Assembly (NCBI GenBank): GCA_044892525.1
Contig: CM097885.1
Location: forward strand, 213,714,001 to 213,778,000
DNA: 64,000 nt
DNA from: Schmidtea polychroa
Lineage: Eukaryota
Direction: 5' to 3'
Part shown: one piece after another, positions 62,702 through 64,000 of the stretch
How the letters are laid out: every line of letters starts with the position of its first letter
How positions within the stretch are numbered: position 1 is the first letter of the stretch
Notes under the pieces: generated by a model
The model's input: the letters and a program-made list of their open reading frames with translations, nothing else
Databases searched by the model: none
What the model was told of the DNA's origin: nothing
Program-made: the position numbers and the translations under genes

Positions 62702-63169
62702 GTAAGCAGTATTATAAAAATATTATCATAATGAACAATATTGTGCAAGGAATTTAATGATATTGTTATTCTTTCTGTAAATTAAATGTTTTAATTTGTA
62801 AATGTTTCATTTTAAAAATTAGATTTCTCTTAATTTTATTGGCATAATATGTTATATAATTAGTTATAAACACGTGAAAAAGTAAAACACAAAAAAGTAA
62901 AATTACCTATAAATTTATCTATACAGTCTCTAGTTATCTAAATATTGAATGAACGAAATTTCCCTATAAATTGCATTATAAATTTTAACTTTTTATTAAA
63001 TTTTTTGATAATTATAAAATTGTAAATATTCTTATTATAGGAAAAAATATTTTCAATTTAATAATTTAGTTCTATTATTATAACTTGAAAACTCACCGTG
63101 GCAAAAAATGGTTCTAGTAACACATTATCATTTGGCACATGTCAATTCAGCTGTGCAAAAAAATTCAGT

Positions 63170-64000
63170 GATTACACATTAAAAATGGAGTAACAAATAC
63201 ATTGTTTAATTTACAAAAATACAACAGCTGATGCTCATAAAACTCTGTTGGAAATATATGGTAATCTTGCTCCACTTGATTGTACTTGTATAGAATGGTT
63301 TAAACGGTTCAAAAATGAGGATTTTGATGTCAAAGACAAAGGACGCCTAGGTCAACTGAAAGAGTTTGAAAATGACGAGTTTCAGGCATTATCGGATGAA
63401 GATGATACTCAAGTGTAAAAAACAATTGGCAATAGCATTGAATGTTACTCAAGCTACCGTTAACAAACGTTTACATACAATGATATAGATTCAAAAGGAA
63501 GGAAAATGGTTAACATGAATTAAAAGAAGACATCAACAAGTGCCTTTCATTGTTTTCTCAGTTACTGGTGATAAAAAGTCCATCTTTTCGATAATCCAAA
63601 ACACTAAAGATTGTTGGTAAATAATGGGAAACCATCAACATCATAGGCAAAACGAAATATTCATGGGAAGAATACTATACTGTGTATTTAGTGTCGTTTA
63701 TTATAAGCTCTTGAAACCAAGTGAAAAAGTTGACGTTAACCATTATAAACAAGAAATAATCGATTTAAACTGTGAATTGAACCAGAAATGACCAAAAATA
63801 CTAATAAACGATGCAGTGTAATTTTCTATCACGACAACGTTCGACCACATGCGGTGAAGGATTTTATAGAAACATTATTATCACTGAGTTGGGAAGTCCT
63901 AGTCAACCTCGTGTATTCATCAGACATTGCCATTTCTGAGTATTACTTGTTCCGATCAATGCAACATGGCTTAGTGGATGAGCACTTCAAAACATATGAT
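63170..64000 (+). mobile_element. Decayed mariner (DD34D) transposase
   Basis: ADAHKTLLEIYG...EWFKRFKNEDFDVKD.GR...IQKEGKW...YHDNVRPH...WEVL...YSSDIAISEYYLFRSMQHGL; multiple stops and frameshifts. Confidence 0.9.

Overview
AT-rich eukaryotic scaffold with many N gaps and very short introns (41-53 bp). The genes and TE repertoire look invertebrate and planarian-like, but that taxon is an inference. Host genes on the + strand: (i) the last exons of a TTC17-like TPR gene, ending at 18922; (ii) a 3-exon, 541-aa class A peptide-receptor-like GPCR (35969-44616); (iii) an invertebrate-type contactin (signal peptide, C-type lectin, 6 Ig, at least 2 FN3) from 49002 running off the window. There is also a candidate 84-aa secreted-protein gene on the - strand (24907-25449). 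Most of the rest is transposon-derived. Highlights: a 4.24-kb composite hAT(hATm-like) unit bounded by two copies of the SAME (3') end and one 8-bp TSD, carrying a promoter plus a DEDDh-exonuclease fragment; a full-length 3242-bp sister hAT in a contactin intron; a 4576-bp Ty3/gypsy element with identical 121-bp LTRs whose gag starts inside the LTR and translates the PBS, a layout repeated in a diverged relative at 8885; a decayed gag with 3-4 zinc knuckles followed by a ubiquitin-like domain; a chuvirus-glycoprotein-like env remnant ending at a PPT; and Penelope-type hammerhead ribozymes. All family assignments come from motif recognition by eye; no database searches were run.
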